This document shows, piece after piece, positions 51,468-62,596 of a stretch of 64,000 nt of DNA (positions are counted from its first letter, which is position 1; each line of letters starts with the position of its first letter). The stretch comes from Methanomicrobiales archaeon (GTDB taxonomy: Archaea > Halobacteriota > Methanomicrobia > Methanomicrobiales > Methanospirillaceae). The notes beneath the pieces were generated by a model. It searched no databases, was not told the DNA's origin, and saw only the letters and a list, made by a program, of their open reading frames with translations. The stretch spans positions 1 through 64,000 of the forward strand of contig JBAXJR010000009.1 in NCBI GenBank assembly GCA_037137755.1. The letters run 5' to 3'. The translations under genes and the position numbers were made by a program.

Positions 51468-52682
51468 CTATCCCAGTAGATCAGGGTCCCTTCGCATTAG
51501 ATATAGAATAACTGCCACAATCACAATAATGGCAATGACCACAATGATCAGGATATAGCCAAACACCCCGGTTTGATCAGCTTGCTCCCCGGGAGTTGTT
51601 CCCACTGTTGTTGGCTGCTGCCGCGATATCGTTGTATATGGGGTAGATTTTTGAATTGCTCCGGCCTTGTCATCACTTCTGATTGATACCGCTGTCTGCG
51701 TAGTAAACGGGGTCGGTTCACCGGTAACCGTAATATAATTCGTAAGTGATTTGGCATTGGAACCTCCGGTGCCAGCTACGGATAATGAGACGGTGTAAGT
51801 ACCCGGAACATCGTAAATGTGTGAAGGGTTCTCCTGTGTACTCTGGCTGCCATCGCCAAAGTCCCAATTCCAGGATGAGGGGGTCCCGGTAGAAGTATCG
51901 GTAAAACTAACATCCAGTGGACTGGTGCCGGTCACCGGTGTCCCGCTAAATCCTGCACTAATAGTATTTTGTACTGCTACCGAGGTAGTATCAGTTGTTA
52001 CGGTTTCAGTCACCGTCACCGGGATATCAACGGTAATATAATTGGACCTGGTAGAGGTATACGTCGCCCCCTCCGGGTTGGTCACGGTCAGCGTGACGGT
52101 GTATGTTCCTGAATTTTCATAGGTATGGGAAGGGTTCTTAACCGAATCGGTACCCCCGTCACCAAATGACCAGCTCCACGATACAGGCCCACCTGATGAA
52201 AGATCAGTAAACTGGACGGTGAGAGGTGCAGTTCCCGAAGAACTATCGCTGAAGAAACCCGCAAGATACTGGATCTGTTGGGACAACGTGGTCGTCGTCG
52301 TAGTTACCGAGGTTGTAGGGATTGCTGTCGTGGTTGTTGTGGTTATGGTTGTTATGGGGATGGTGGTTGTTACTGTAGGTGTGGGAGCTGTTGTCGCAAC
52401 GGTAGTCGGTACGGATGTGGGTATCGTTGTGGCTATCGTCGTCGGAACAGTGGTGGCAGCCTTTGTTGCAGTAACTATTGGTGTTAGAGATACCGTTGGT
52501 ACAGCAGTAATTTTCGTGGTTACAGCCGCCGTTACAGCCGTTGTCGGGGTAATATTAGCTGCTCCGTCAGGCGGTGCGACACCCACCATGATGATAATCG
52601 TTGTTACTACTGATACCATCAGGACCATGGAAATGAACGAAAATAATACGGAATTATTCTTTTGCCTTGTTTGTATGGGCAT
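51468..52682 (-). CDS. PKD-domain cell-surface protein with Thr-rich stalk and C-terminal TM
   Basis: Two PL.V.FTD.S.G.P.SW.W.FGDG...NPSH.Y...GTYTV.L.V repeats. Confidence 0.92.
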   Translation of the reverse strand: MPIQTRQKNNSVLFSFISMVLMVSVVTTIIIMVGVAPPDGAANITPTTAVTAAVTTKITAVPTVSLTPIVTATKAATTVPTTIATTIPTSVPTTVATTAPTPTVTTTIPITTITTTTTTAIPTTSVTTTTTTLSQQIQYLAGFFSDSSSGTAPLTVQFTDLSSGGPVSWSWSFGDGGTDSVKNPSHTYENSGTYTVTLTVTNPEGATYTSTRSNYITVDIPVTVTETVTTDTTSVAVQNTISAGFSGTPVTGTSPLDVSFTDTSTGTPSSWNWDFGDGSQSTQENPSHIYDVPGTYTVSLSVAGTGGSNAKSLTNYITVTGEPTPFTTQTAVSIRSDDKAGAIQKSTPYTTISRQQPTTVGTTPGEQADQTGVFGYILIIVVIAIIVIVAVILYLMRRDPDLLG

Positions 52683-52846
52683 GACACCTCCACTTGTGAA
52701 CCGGGAAATTGAAAAATAAAAATATCATAAGGGACCCGTGGTCCCCGGAATTTTCATGATTTGGGGGTATTATATCGACGCTCTTGAGAGTATGAATGGT
52801 GGTTTGAGACCAGAGTGTTGGTGACACGGGGTAACTCTTTCCGGTT

Positions 52847-53200
52847 TTATAGGAGAATATCTGCATGTAACACTGCTTTTGCGGACTTTCCAAACTCCTA
52901 CCCGAGGGTGATGGGTTCAAGGTACACCACCTTGAGGGCATCCTTGTCCTTTGATGACACGGCTGATTCCAGCGTCGACCTCTTCGCGATGATCTCTGCG
53001 AGAGTTGTTTTTAAGGAGGTGGTGTCATAGTGGTACCTATCAAAGAAGCCGATCACATCAGTGGCCTTCTGGACGGTAAGGTCGAACTGCTGGAGACGGT
53101 ACTTCATGTGAACGCCTACAAGGTCCTCTTTCGCGGCCTAGGGAACAGCCGGGTTGGTCTGGTCTGCTTTCACCTGGTGGACAGCCGGCAGGACCATGGG
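52847..53200 (-). pseudogene. Decayed helical hypothetical gene
   Basis: One reading frame interrupted by TAG at 53138-53140 and 52898-52900; no plausible 5' end. Confidence 0.45.
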
Positions 53201-53221
53201 GCCTGGTAATGGAGAACAATC

Positions 53222-53980
53222 ATGAAAATCCTCTTTCACGAAAAGTTCTGCGAATCGGACTACGCCAGTAATGGAGCAGCAGACCCGGGCAGGATGGAAG
53301 CCATCATGGATATGATCAGCCAGGATCACAGTTTTGAGATTATCCGCCCCCACCCGGCAGATGAAGAAGCTTTGCTGCTGGCTCACACGCCAAACTACGT
53401 TGATACCATCAGGGCAAACCCAAAACTCTACGACATGGCATCGCTTGCCGCCGGGGCAGCAATCATGGCATCAGATATCGGCATTGATGGTGAACCGGCT
53501 TTTGCCTGCCTGAGACCCCCGGGACACCACGCGTACCGGGACTCCTCGTGGGGGTACTGTGTTTTTTCAAACATGGGGATTGCCCTTTTGAGATTAAAGC
53601 AGCAGCGGATCAAATCCGCATTTATCCTGGATTTCGATGCCCATACCGGTGACGGCACGAAGGCGGTGCTATCCGGGTGGAAGGACTGCCACATCCTGAA
53701 CCCTTACGCCGAAACCAGTGAGGCGTATATTGAGGTAATCCGAAATTTCATCCGCGATATCCCCCTGGTAGACATCGTTTGCGTCTGCGCCGGATTTGAC
53801 TCGTACAAAAAAGACGTGGGGAGGAAACTGTCAACGTCGGATTTTTACCTGATCGGGGATATGATGAAAAGATTTGCTAAACGGGCGGCAAAAAACCGGA
53901 GATTTGCCATCCTTGAAGGTGGGTATTACCAGCCGGACCTCGGCAAAAACGTGCTGGCATTTTGCCATGGGTTTATGTAA
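53222..53980 (+). CDS. Histone deacetylase family protein
   Basis: RPPGHHA...GYCVFSN...LDFDAHTGDGT...AGFD...LEGGY. Confidence 0.93.
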   Translation: MKILFHEKFCESDYASNGAADPGRMEAIMDMISQDHSFEIIRPHPADEEALLLAHTPNYVDTIRANPKLYDMASLAAGAAIMASDIGIDGEPAFACLRPPGHHAYRDSSWGYCVFSNMGIALLRLKQQRIKSAFILDFDAHTGDGTKAVLSGWKDCHILNPYAETSEAYIEVIRNFIRDIPLVDIVCVCAGFDSYKKDVGRKLSTSDFYLIGDMMKRFAKRAAKNRRFAILEGGYYQPDLGKNVLAFCHGFM

Positions 53981-53998
53981 GGCAGGGGTATTTTTCAG

Positions 53999-54319
53999 AT
54001 GACGCTGACGATTACATTTCTTCCAAAAGAATCGCAACATTCTGAGTACGACTGGGCTGACATTTCGATCGACGGTGCCCGCGTTGGTAAAGCCCGCTGC
54101 TTAGTAAAAGGTGTAACGATCAATATCTACTCACTCAACATCTACCCGGCATGGGAGGGACACGGCTATGGCAGAGAGTTTGTGGAATATTGCAAGGGCA
54201 ATTTTAAGATTGTCATCGCAAACCGGGTCCGTTATGAAGCTATCGGTTTCTGGGAAGCCATAGGATTTTGCAATGATCATGACGGGAACTGGAGTTATCG
54301 GGAGAGAAATAAAGGATAA
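53999..54319 (+). CDS. GNAT family N-acetyltransferase
   Basis: IYPAWEGHGYGREFV...AIGFWEAIGF. Confidence 0.8.
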   Translation: MTLTITFLPKESQHSEYDWADISIDGARVGKARCLVKGVTINIYSLNIYPAWEGHGYGREFVEYCKGNFKIVIANRVRYEAIGFWEAIGFCNDHDGNWSYRERNKG

Positions 54320-54399
54320 AACCATTGACCTGCACACTGGGGTATAAGTGCGGACAAAATTCCGGATACACATCTCGTCATCGGCACTATAGTAAAATG

Positions 54400-54587
54400 A
54401 TCAACAATTTAAATCGGGAAAATATCGACCATATCGCATCTTTCAGGTACGCAGCCTCATCGTATACATTGAGCATGAGCATGTTATCAGGACCAACGAG
54501 GTGTTCCCCGGTCTCGCCTTACATGTATCGTTCCCGCTGTTCCCTGGTCGGTGCAGCATATTTATTCTCGAACCGGAAGACTACCAT
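54400..54587 (-). pseudogene. Possible small pseudogene
   Basis: AGGAGA RBS then MVVFRFENKYAAPTREQRERYM*GETGEHLVG...YDEAAYLKD, with in-frame TAA at 54519-54521. Confidence 0.35.
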
Positions 54588-54802
54588 GCTGTTTCTCCTG
54601 AATGGTGATCATTCGATGGGTGACATTAAAACTGATGCATGTTTCAATCCCTGTCTTGCCTGCCGTGTCAACGCCAACCAGTGAAAACAGGCACCTTCCT
54701 GGCAAAAAACGGTCAACAGAGTAGTCGAAATATTACCTGCATACCGGCATCATGCATCTCCCGGTATTGCCATTGGTCTCGTGGAGCAACTGCCGGGCCT
54801 GT

Positions 54803-55171
54803 CTACTTATGTAATGCGAGCTCGATTGCCACCCTGAGATCATTATCCTCAAAGGGTTTAATGATAAAACCATCGGGTTTTGTTTCCTTTGCCCGTTCCA
54901 GTGTCGGTCCATCCGAATGTGATGTAATATAAATGACCGGAATGCTGAACCCCTTCTTGATCATCAGCGCTGTATCGATCCCGTCAACTTCACCCCTGAT
55001 ATTGATATCCATCAGGACGAGGTCAGGTTTATGCTTCACAACCAGTTCCATCGCTTCTGCGCCTGACGATGCCCGCCCACAGACCGTGTAACCGAGATTT
55101 TTCAGCCGCCAGTCAGTAACTTTGGCGATAATATTGTCATCCTCGACCAGTAGTATGCTTCCGGTTGACAT
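54803..55171 (-). CDS. Single-domain response regulator
   Basis: LLVEDD...PDLVLMDI...DGID...ITS...IIKPF. Confidence 0.95.
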   Translation of the reverse strand: MSTGSILLVEDDNIIAKVTDWRLKNLGYTVCGRASSGAEAMELVVKHKPDLVLMDINIRGEVDGIDTALMIKKGFSIPVIYITSHSDGPTLERAKETKPDGFIIKPFEDNDLRVAIELALHK

Positions 55172-55236
55172 TCCTTACCTCCTCTTTGACAATGGTCTTT
55201 TTCTTATATAAGTATCCTATCCCTGGCCCCTAAAAA

Positions 55237-58200
55237 TCAGGTAGTAAACCTGAATGCACCCCATGGAATAAGCATTTCGAACCGTGCCCCTTTCCCGGGA
55301 ACACCGTTCTCCTTAATCGTGATGCCTGTAATGGCAAGAATTTCCCTGGTAAGGAACAATCCCATACCGGTATTCTTTCCCACCCCCCGCTCGAAGACCC
55401 GGGTTTTTTGATCAGCGGGTATGCCTGCACCATCGTCCTCGAAAATCAGCAGGGCGCTGTTTCCGGAGGCCTGGGTGGATATCCGTATGGTCGTGATCTT
55501 CTCCCCGTACCTCGTTGCGTTATCAACCAGGTTGTAGAACACCTTCTCCAGCAGGGGGTCAGCATAGACCTCCATGTTCCCGGGATCGATCTCAAAGTGA
55601 ATGCCGGTTTTTTCGAAATTCTGTAACACTTTATCGATCACCGCATGAACGTCCTGCCATAACGGCAGGTGGACCCCGACTTCCTGGTACTCCCTGGTAA
55701 ATGCAATCTGGCGCTGGATAATGCGGGTAAGGTCCTTGATATCATTGAGCAGCTGCATCTTTTCTTCGGGGGAAGAGGTTGCGTTCGCCATATCCACGCA
55801 CCCTAAAAGCCCGGTGATTGTATTGAGGATATCATGCCGCGTGATATTGTTCATCAGGTTCAGTTTCTTGTTGGCAAGTTCTATTGCCTCTTCAGCCCGC
55901 TTCCTTTCAGAAATATCAACAACTGCAGCGATACTGTCGGTTGTCCCGGGGATCATGACGACGCTGACAATACAGGAGTGGACATTGTTTGAAGCATCGA
56001 TGAGCCGGAAGAAACATTCTCGTGGTACATGAACGGGGTCTTCCCTGCGGTCATGGTGATATTGTTTCATCCTCTCCAGGTCTTCCGGATGAATAAACTC
56101 CGTCCAGCTCCGCCCGATACAATCTTCCTTTGGAATCCCTGTAAGACTTGCCCACCCGGGGTTTGCAAGAATGATAGACGTGTCGCTGGCTATAATAATC
56201 GTGGCACTTCCCGTGTTATCAAAAATTGCCATGTACAGGTTTTTCGATTCAACCAGTTGCTCTTCAGCCCGCCTCCGTTCAGAATCATCACGTAGCACCC
56301 CGTATATCCCCATGGGCTTACCATACTGGTCGAGCCGCAGGGTACCTTCTTCGTCAAACCAGTGGGCATTCCCCCATTTATCGAGGACCCTGAACGTGGA
56401 GTGGAACTGGGCACCTTTTTCAAGGTCTCGTGCCAGGTCTTTTTCGACCTGGTCAATATCATCAGGATGAATGACATCACGGATCGATTTCCCGATTATC
56501 TCATCGACAAGAAAACCATATTTGTTGACCTGCGGGGAAATATACGTAAAAAAACCCGCCATATCTATGGAAAAAAGAATATCGCTGGTATTCTCAGTAA
56601 GTGCCCGGTATTTTTCCTCGCTTTCCACAAGGGTCTCTTCGATTTTCCTGCGTTCGGTAATGTCGGTGATCGTACCTACATGTCCCCGGATACTGCCGTC
56701 CGTGTTGTATACAGTCACTGATTGCCCGAATATCCATAATAAAGACCCGTCAGGCCGGATAATCCTTGCTTCGGCGCCGGTCACTCCCAGGTTACGGCTC
56801 TGCTGTCTCACGTCCTGTGCGAGACGTGCCTTGTCTTCCGGGTGGAGGACCTCTGACCAGTGCCTTCCTTTCATCGTTTCAAACGGGTAGCCGATAAGCT
56901 GATTCCACAGGTCACTGGCAAACAGGAGGTTACCGTCAGGGTCCGTTTCAAAGACAACAACCGGGGAAGCCCGGAGGATGTTTTCCAGTCGTTCCCGGCT
57001 CTGCCTGAGCGCTTCTTCTGCCCGCACCCGGTCGGTCACATCCCGGAGGATACCAACCATTCCCACCGGGTTGCCTTTCTCATCCCGCTTGATATTGCTG
57101 TTCTCTTCAACCCAGTGGGAAGCACCCGGCTTGTCAACGATCCTGAATGTTGAGGAGATGGATGTTCCGTCCTGCATCTCCTGCCGGTAATTATTCAGGA
57201 CATTTCCCTGGTCATCCGGGTGGATGAACTGCCGGAGCTCCTGGCCTACAATTTCATGAGGTGTATACCCGTACCGGATTACCTGAGGGGAAATATAGGA
57301 AAATTTCCCCGTTTTATCAAGCGAAAAAATGATATCTGCCGAATTCTCGGCGAGGGCACGGTATTTCTCCTCGCTTTCCTTCAGTGCCTCTTCCAGTTTG
57401 AGCCGTTCGGTGATATCAATAACAATCCCCCGGAACCCGGTAACCTTGTCTTGCCGGTAGATGAGTGACGTGTACACAATGGCCCGCATCAGGCTGCCAT
57501 CAGTCCGTGTTAAGGTATAGGTCTCTCCGGGAGACCTGCTACCCGATATCACTGCTGCAAGTCCCCGCTCCATCATCCCGATACTTTCAGGGGATAAATA
57601 ATACCGTATATTAGTACCCTGGGCGATCTTCTCTTCGGTAACCCCGAATATTTCAACGCCGGTCTTATTAACATACAGGAGACTCCCGGTTGTGTCCATT
57701 TCAAAGATGATCAGCGGCAGGTTCTCCGCGAGTCCCCGGAACCGTGCCTCGCTGGCCTGCACCTTCGCCTGCGCCTGTTCGATCGTGTCCAGCATCCGGT
57801 TTATTTCCGTTGCAAGCCCGGATAGTTCATCATCACCCCCGATCTCCACATGCACGGTGGTACTCCCGGATTTGCCGATTGTATACACCTGGGCTGCCAG
57901 GGACCCCATTCTTTTCAGCAGGATCCGGTCCAGCAGGATAATAACCACAAGTCCGAGGAACACACCGCTGAAGAGTATGATCAGGATGACCTGCATCGTG
58001 GTATTTATTCCCTGGCGGTAGATGTCCCGGGCTTCTGTGATCTGGAGGACAAGCGCATCATTTCCATAAATATCCTTAATAAGGGCGTATCCTGCAATGT
58101 TATCCTCGTTGAGATGCCGGATAATTCCCGGTGCCGATACGCTGTTATCCCGGACCTGTGAGAATAGGCCCGGTGTCAATGCCGGGTCTCCGGTGCGGGT

Positions 58201-58818
58201 GAAGGTAAGACTTGGTCGCGTCAGTTCTGCAAGCCTTGCTGTTTCTGCCCTATCGAGGTACCGCCCCATGATCACTACTCCCTGGGGCTGGCCTGAAAAA
58301 TCAGAACGTACAATAGGCTGGGATGCAACGATCATCGGATCTTCAGGGAGCATTAAAATTCCCGCCGTAATATGGTGAGGATCTGACATATTCATCAGGG
58401 GGTTTGAAAGGTCAAGAGGCCCCCGGAAGGCGGCCGGGACCGGGACCATCTCCTTCTTCAAAAGATCATACGCCCCGGAAAAGACAATTTCTCCCTTGTT
58501 GTTGGTGATAACAATGAGGTTCAAGTTCAGGTTATCGAAGCCCGGGGTCAGCAGATTTGAACTGATATATTCCGGGTCATTCCCGTTTACAAAATTATAC
58601 GTATCATCCCAGGGCCCCCAGTCAGATACGATGGCGGACAGGGTAGAGAATTCATCATTGAGCTTGTTTACTGCCTGGCTGAGGTCCTTTTGGATATATT
58701 GTTCTTCAAGGGCGCTATAGCTCCCGAGGAGGATGGTGGAAAAAAATATGCTGATAACTACGAGGACCGATATGAGCAGGACCACAAACACCAACAGTGT
58801 TTTTTTCTGGAGTTTCAT
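55237..58818 (-). CDS. CHASE4-HAMP-5xPAS sensor histidine kinase
   Basis: TM-CHASE4 (DWGPWDDTYNFV)-TM, HAMP (DELSGLATEINRML), five PAS/PAC units, ITRHDILN H-box and HATPase N/G boxes. Confidence 0.95.
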   Translation of the reverse strand: MKLQKKTLLVFVVLLISVLVVISIFFSTILLGSYSALEEQYIQKDLSQAVNKLNDEFSTLSAIVSDWGPWDDTYNFVNGNDPEYISSNLLTPGFDNLNLNLIVITNNKGEIVFSGAYDLLKKEMVPVPAAFRGPLDLSNPLMNMSDPHHITAGILMLPEDPMIVASQPIVRSDFSGQPQGVVIMGRYLDRAETARLAELTRPSLTFTRTGDPALTPGLFSQVRDNSVSAPGIIRHLNEDNIAGYALIKDIYGNDALVLQITEARDIYRQGINTTMQVILIILFSGVFLGLVVIILLDRILLKRMGSLAAQVYTIGKSGSTTVHVEIGGDDELSGLATEINRMLDTIEQAQAKVQASEARFRGLAENLPLIIFEMDTTGSLLYVNKTGVEIFGVTEEKIAQGTNIRYYLSPESIGMMERGLAAVISGSRSPGETYTLTRTDGSLMRAIVYTSLIYRQDKVTGFRGIVIDITERLKLEEALKESEEKYRALAENSADIIFSLDKTGKFSYISPQVIRYGYTPHEIVGQELRQFIHPDDQGNVLNNYRQEMQDGTSISSTFRIVDKPGASHWVEENSNIKRDEKGNPVGMVGILRDVTDRVRAEEALRQSRERLENILRASPVVVFETDPDGNLLFASDLWNQLIGYPFETMKGRHWSEVLHPEDKARLAQDVRQQSRNLGVTGAEARIIRPDGSLLWIFGQSVTVYNTDGSIRGHVGTITDITERRKIEETLVESEEKYRALTENTSDILFSIDMAGFFTYISPQVNKYGFLVDEIIGKSIRDVIHPDDIDQVEKDLARDLEKGAQFHSTFRVLDKWGNAHWFDEEGTLRLDQYGKPMGIYGVLRDDSERRRAEEQLVESKNLYMAIFDNTGSATIIIASDTSIILANPGWASLTGIPKEDCIGRSWTEFIHPEDLERMKQYHHDRREDPVHVPRECFFRLIDASNNVHSCIVSVVMIPGTTDSIAAVVDISERKRAEEAIELANKKLNLMNNITRHDILNTITGLLGCVDMANATSSPEEKMQLLNDIKDLTRIIQRQIAFTREYQEVGVHLPLWQDVHAVIDKVLQNFEKTGIHFEIDPGNMEVYADPLLEKVFYNLVDNATRYGEKITTIRISTQASGNSALLIFEDDGAGIPADQKTRVFERGVGKNTGMGLFLTREILAITGITIKENGVPGKGARFEMLIPWGAFRFTT

Positions 58819-59017
58819 GAGTATCGCAGAGTATGTTCCCAGTATCGGTTGATTGGATATATAGTATGTGATTCAGAAAGTGGATGGAAGTGGGGGAGGG
58901 ATCGAATATTCCGCCCGGCAGTTGACTGAACCCGTGGCTGAGCACCCATGCCTGTACAGGGGCGCTACTTCATAGAAGTCAAATCCCATCCATATGCTTG
59001 TAAAGCGGTCATTTTGA

Positions 59018-59263
59018 CTATATAGCCAATAATAATACCATATTATTCTGTCGGTTTACAAACAATGAGGATCTGCGTTTGCAGTGCGGGCATTTTACTT
59101 CAATTTCAGCAGAGGGATTGATATCAAACATATCTTCTGAAATTATATTGGGTTTTACAATTCCATTACAAACAGGGCAATTGATGGTAGTAATGGGTCG
59201 ATGAACGTTAACGGTTGGAAGCATGTTTGTTAGCGTCTCCCTGCGAGAGTTAGCATGTTTCAT
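59018..59263 (-). CDS. Small zinc-finger protein
   Basis: CPVC...CPHC; AT-rich ORF. Confidence 0.5.
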   Translation of the reverse strand: MKHANSRRETLTNMLPTVNVHRPITTINCPVCNGIVKPNIISEDMFDINPSAEIEVKCPHCKRRSSLFVNRQNNMVLLLAI

Positions 59264-59440
59264 CCTTATGCAATAACATTTGTGAAATTGGGATCATAAT
59301 GCAAAAGTGTATCCGTTGCCAGACAGACAAAGGAAGTTAATGTCTGGGTCAGGTCATACTCTTTTTTTGTTGAAAAATATTACAGGGCCTGTCACTTTGA
59401 TAGTGGTACGCAGATCCATCAATCTGGATAGGAATGGTGC

Positions 59441-61025
59441 ATGATGGCTGCGGGGAAGAAGGAGACGGAAGAAAAGAAACCGACCCCACAAGACACCAAA
59501 CGCTCGTTGAGGGATGATGCAGAGGAGAATCTTTCACGCTCCCCAAAAAGTTTTTCAGACCTTGAAGGACAGACCCCGGAACAACTCATCCACGAACTCC
59601 GTGTGCACCAGGTCGAGCTCGAGATGCAGGCTGAGCAACTCAGGGTAGCCCAACTCGCGCTCGCTGAGTCGCGAGACAAGTACCTTGACCTCTATGATTT
59701 TGCCCCGCTTGGCTATCTAACGCTCAGTGATAAGGCGCTGATAACGAATATGAATCTGACCGGCGCAAAGCTCCTTCGGGTCGAGCGAAGCAGACTTGCC
59801 AAGGCAAGGTTCAATAAATTTGTCGCAGAAAAAAATACCGATGAGTGGCACTGGTATTTCTTAAACCTGCTGAACCAGGGGGAAAAAAGGAGCTGCACCC
59901 TGATGCTGATACGGGGAGACGGTACTGCGTTCCCTGGCCGTCTGGAAGGGATCCTGATCACCGGGAGCGATGGGACAAACACCGTCCGAATCGCATTTAC
60001 GGATATCTCGGACATCACCCAGGTAGAGGAGACCCTGCGGGAGAGCGAGGAGAAGTACCTGAATAGTATTGAGAACAGGTAGGACGTGTTTTTCCGTATT
60101 AACCGGGAAGGAATCATTACCATGATCAGCCCGTATGTGCACGGCTTGTGGGTTACAATTCTCCCGATGATATTATTGGAAAAATGAAGGCAACGGAATT
60201 TTATGCAGATCCGGTGGAGCGGGACGCCTTCCTGGAGTACCTGATGCGGGAAAAAGTCGTAACAGGTTATCCACTTACCTTAAAAGACCGGGCAAGAACC
60301 CTGCACTTTGCAACGGCGAGCAGCCGCCCATTATTCGATGATGCTGGAGTGCCGGATGGCATCGACGAGATCCTGCATGATATCCCCCGCTCCGCCAGAC
60401 AGAGCGTGCACTCAGGCAGGTAAACAGGCAGATTTCGCTCATGACCATTATCACGCGTCAAGGTATCATGAACCAGTTAATGGTGTTAAAAGGCTACCTG
60501 GAACTTTCAAAAGATTTCCTGAACGATCGGGAACAGATGCAGGACCTTATCGCAAAAGAGCAACATATCTCCGGGACCATCGAGCCGCAGATCGGGTTTA
60601 CCACGTTCTTTGACGACATGGGGGTAAAAGACCCTTCCTGGCAGGACCCGGCAATGCTTGTTACGAAGGCACAGGAATCACTCCTTTTCAGGGACATACG
60701 GCGGGAAATGGACCTGCCGGAGAGGGAAACTTTCGCAGACCCGCTCCTTGAAAAGGTCTTTTACAACCTGCTTGACAACGCACTCAGGTACGGTGGCGAA
60801 GCGATGACCTGCATCAGGGTTACCGCAATAGAAACAACCATCGGTATCACCCTCGTCGTAAAAGACAACGGCATCGGAATATCAGCGAACGATAAAGGAC
60901 GGATGTTCAACCGCGGGTTTGGAAAAAATACGGGCTTCGAACTTTTCGGGGGTCAGGGAAATTCTTTCCATCACGGGCATTACCATACAGGAAACCGGTG
61001 TACCCGGGTGCTGGCGCAAGGTTAG
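59441..61025 (+). pseudogene. PAS histidine kinase pseudogene
   Basis: ELRVHQVELEMQ + PAS, in-frame TAG at 60080-60082, then frameshifted PAS, H-box and HATPase fragments. Confidence 0.85.
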
Positions 61026-61174
61026 AAATTTCAGTCCCGGGAGAAGGCTACCGTTGAAAGGGGAATAGACACCATTCTTTATTCCCATCTTTTCCCCGGA
61101 ACCTCCTGTCCTGAAACAAACGACCCTCCCCTGACAAAAGACATTAAGCAGTCAGGAGAAGACTACCTTAGCAA

Positions 61175-62410
61175 ATGGCACAGCTGACCGTCGATATCGG
61201 CGGACGCCCGGGTATCGACTGCCGGGGGTTCTGCGAGTATTGTTACTTCAAGCGGGTGAAGGATGTCCCACCGCTCGGGTGCCGGTACTGCCTGCCCTTC
61301 AAAAAAGGCTGTGATTACTGTTCCCGGAGTGTACAGGAGCACTATTCCGGGTTTAAGAGCTTCCGCGACGTCGCCGATGACACCCTGGCCCGCCTCAACG
61401 TGCTGAATGAGGACGTAAGCCGGGTCACGATCAGCGGGGGTGGGGACCCGAGCTGCTATCCCCGGTTCAGGGAATTGATCGAACTCCTCTCTAGCATGGA
61501 GGCCCCGCTCCATATCGGGTACACGAGCGGCAAGGGATTTGATTCCCCGAAAATTGCGAAGTTCCTGATCGACAACAACATGTCGGAGCTTTCCTTCACG
61601 GTATTCTCTACAAACCCCTCGCTCCGGAAACGGTACATGCATGACCCGTCACCTGAAGTATCATTAAAAATACTCGATGAACTCTGCGGGGCGATTGATG
61701 TCTACGCCGCAGCCGTTGTTCTCCCCGGGATCAACGACGGGGACCGGCTGATGGAAACCTGCCAGTGGCTCGAAGACCGTGGTGCAAAGGGCATTATCCT
61801 GATGAGGTTCGCCAACTCACGTGAAAACGGACTGATCCTCGGGAATGAACCGGTGATCAAGGGCCAGCGGGTCCATACCCCTGAAGAGTTCCGTGACATG
61901 GTTACCGATATCGCAGGTTGTTTCAGAACGCTCAAGATAAGCGGGACACCACTCTGGGACCCGAAAATCGGTTCACCGTTTACACTCCTGAACGAACCTG
62001 ACCTCATCGCAAAGCTTCCCAGGATCACGAGGAAAGCGAGTATTATTACCGGTTCCGTTGCAGCTCCCTTTATCAGGAGTGTCCTGGACCAGTGCGGGAA
62101 CGGTGCGTCAGTCATACCGGTAACGAAGGATATTGCCTGCCTCATTACCATTGAAGACTTAAAAAACCTCGACCTCAGCACGTTACAGAAGACAGTTATT
62201 ATACCCGGACGGGCGTTCGTTCACGACCGGGAAGCATCGACCGTCCTTTCGGCCGACGGGGTGGAGAGACTGGTGGTCCGTGGTCCGGAGACGCTAACGG
62301 CCGACGCAGAGACCAGCATGGGGATGACCCGGAACGAGGTCCTCTCTCTCGAAATGGAAGGGTTTGCCGACCTTATCAGGGTAATCAACCAGTACGGCCA
62401 GCCGGGATAA
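61175..62410 (+). CDS. mmp10: Methanogenesis marker protein 10 (radical SAM MCR arginine methyltransferase)
   Basis: DIGGRPGIDCRGFCEYCYF, GCRYC......CDYC, ISGGGDPSCYP, KDIACLIT, RGPETLT.D.E.S. Confidence 0.95.
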   Translation: MAQLTVDIGGRPGIDCRGFCEYCYFKRVKDVPPLGCRYCLPFKKGCDYCSRSVQEHYSGFKSFRDVADDTLARLNVLNEDVSRVTISGGGDPSCYPRFRELIELLSSMEAPLHIGYTSGKGFDSPKIAKFLIDNNMSELSFTVFSTNPSLRKRYMHDPSPEVSLKILDELCGAIDVYAAAVVLPGINDGDRLMETCQWLEDRGAKGIILMRFANSRENGLILGNEPVIKGQRVHTPEEFRDMVTDIAGCFRTLKISGTPLWDPKIGSPFTLLNEPDLIAKLPRITRKASIITGSVAAPFIRSVLDQCGNGASVIPVTKDIACLITIEDLKNLDLSTLQKTVIIPGRAFVHDREASTVLSADGVERLVVRGPETLTADAETSMGMTRNEVLSLEMEGFADLIRVINQYGQPG

Positions 62411-62469
62411 CCAAAAAAACCCGGCGATACTATTATGAACGGAACCAACCATTTATAAACAGCACTTTT

Positions 62470-62596
62470 TAGTGCTGGCAGATGTAAATCCGACGTGCAC
62501 CAAAATTGCACGGCCCATTTGTGGCTGGGGATTACGGGGAGTCAGCAGTAGCGGCTCTTTTCCCGGATTTACTTATTGCACAGTCAGAGGTGAACT
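62470..62596 (+). promoter_or_regulatory. Structured 5' leader of rps15 (probable S15-Methanomicrobia leader RNA)
   Basis: TATA-like TTTATAAA at ~62452; long-range stem GTAAATCCG (62484-62492) / CGGATTTAC (62564-62572) enclosing a GTGCA-TGCAC hairpin, just upstream of the RBS. Confidence 0.6.

Noticed and set aside
52219-52719. Val-rich plus-strand ORF
   Set aside because: Antisense shadow of the Thr-rich stalk of the PKD protein.
52847-60082. In-frame TAG codons (52898, 53138, 60080) as possible pyrrolysine readthrough
   Set aside because: The kinase gene also has frameshifts, other pseudogenes break at TGA or TAA, no pyl genes are in the window, and Methanomicrobiales are not known to use Pyl.
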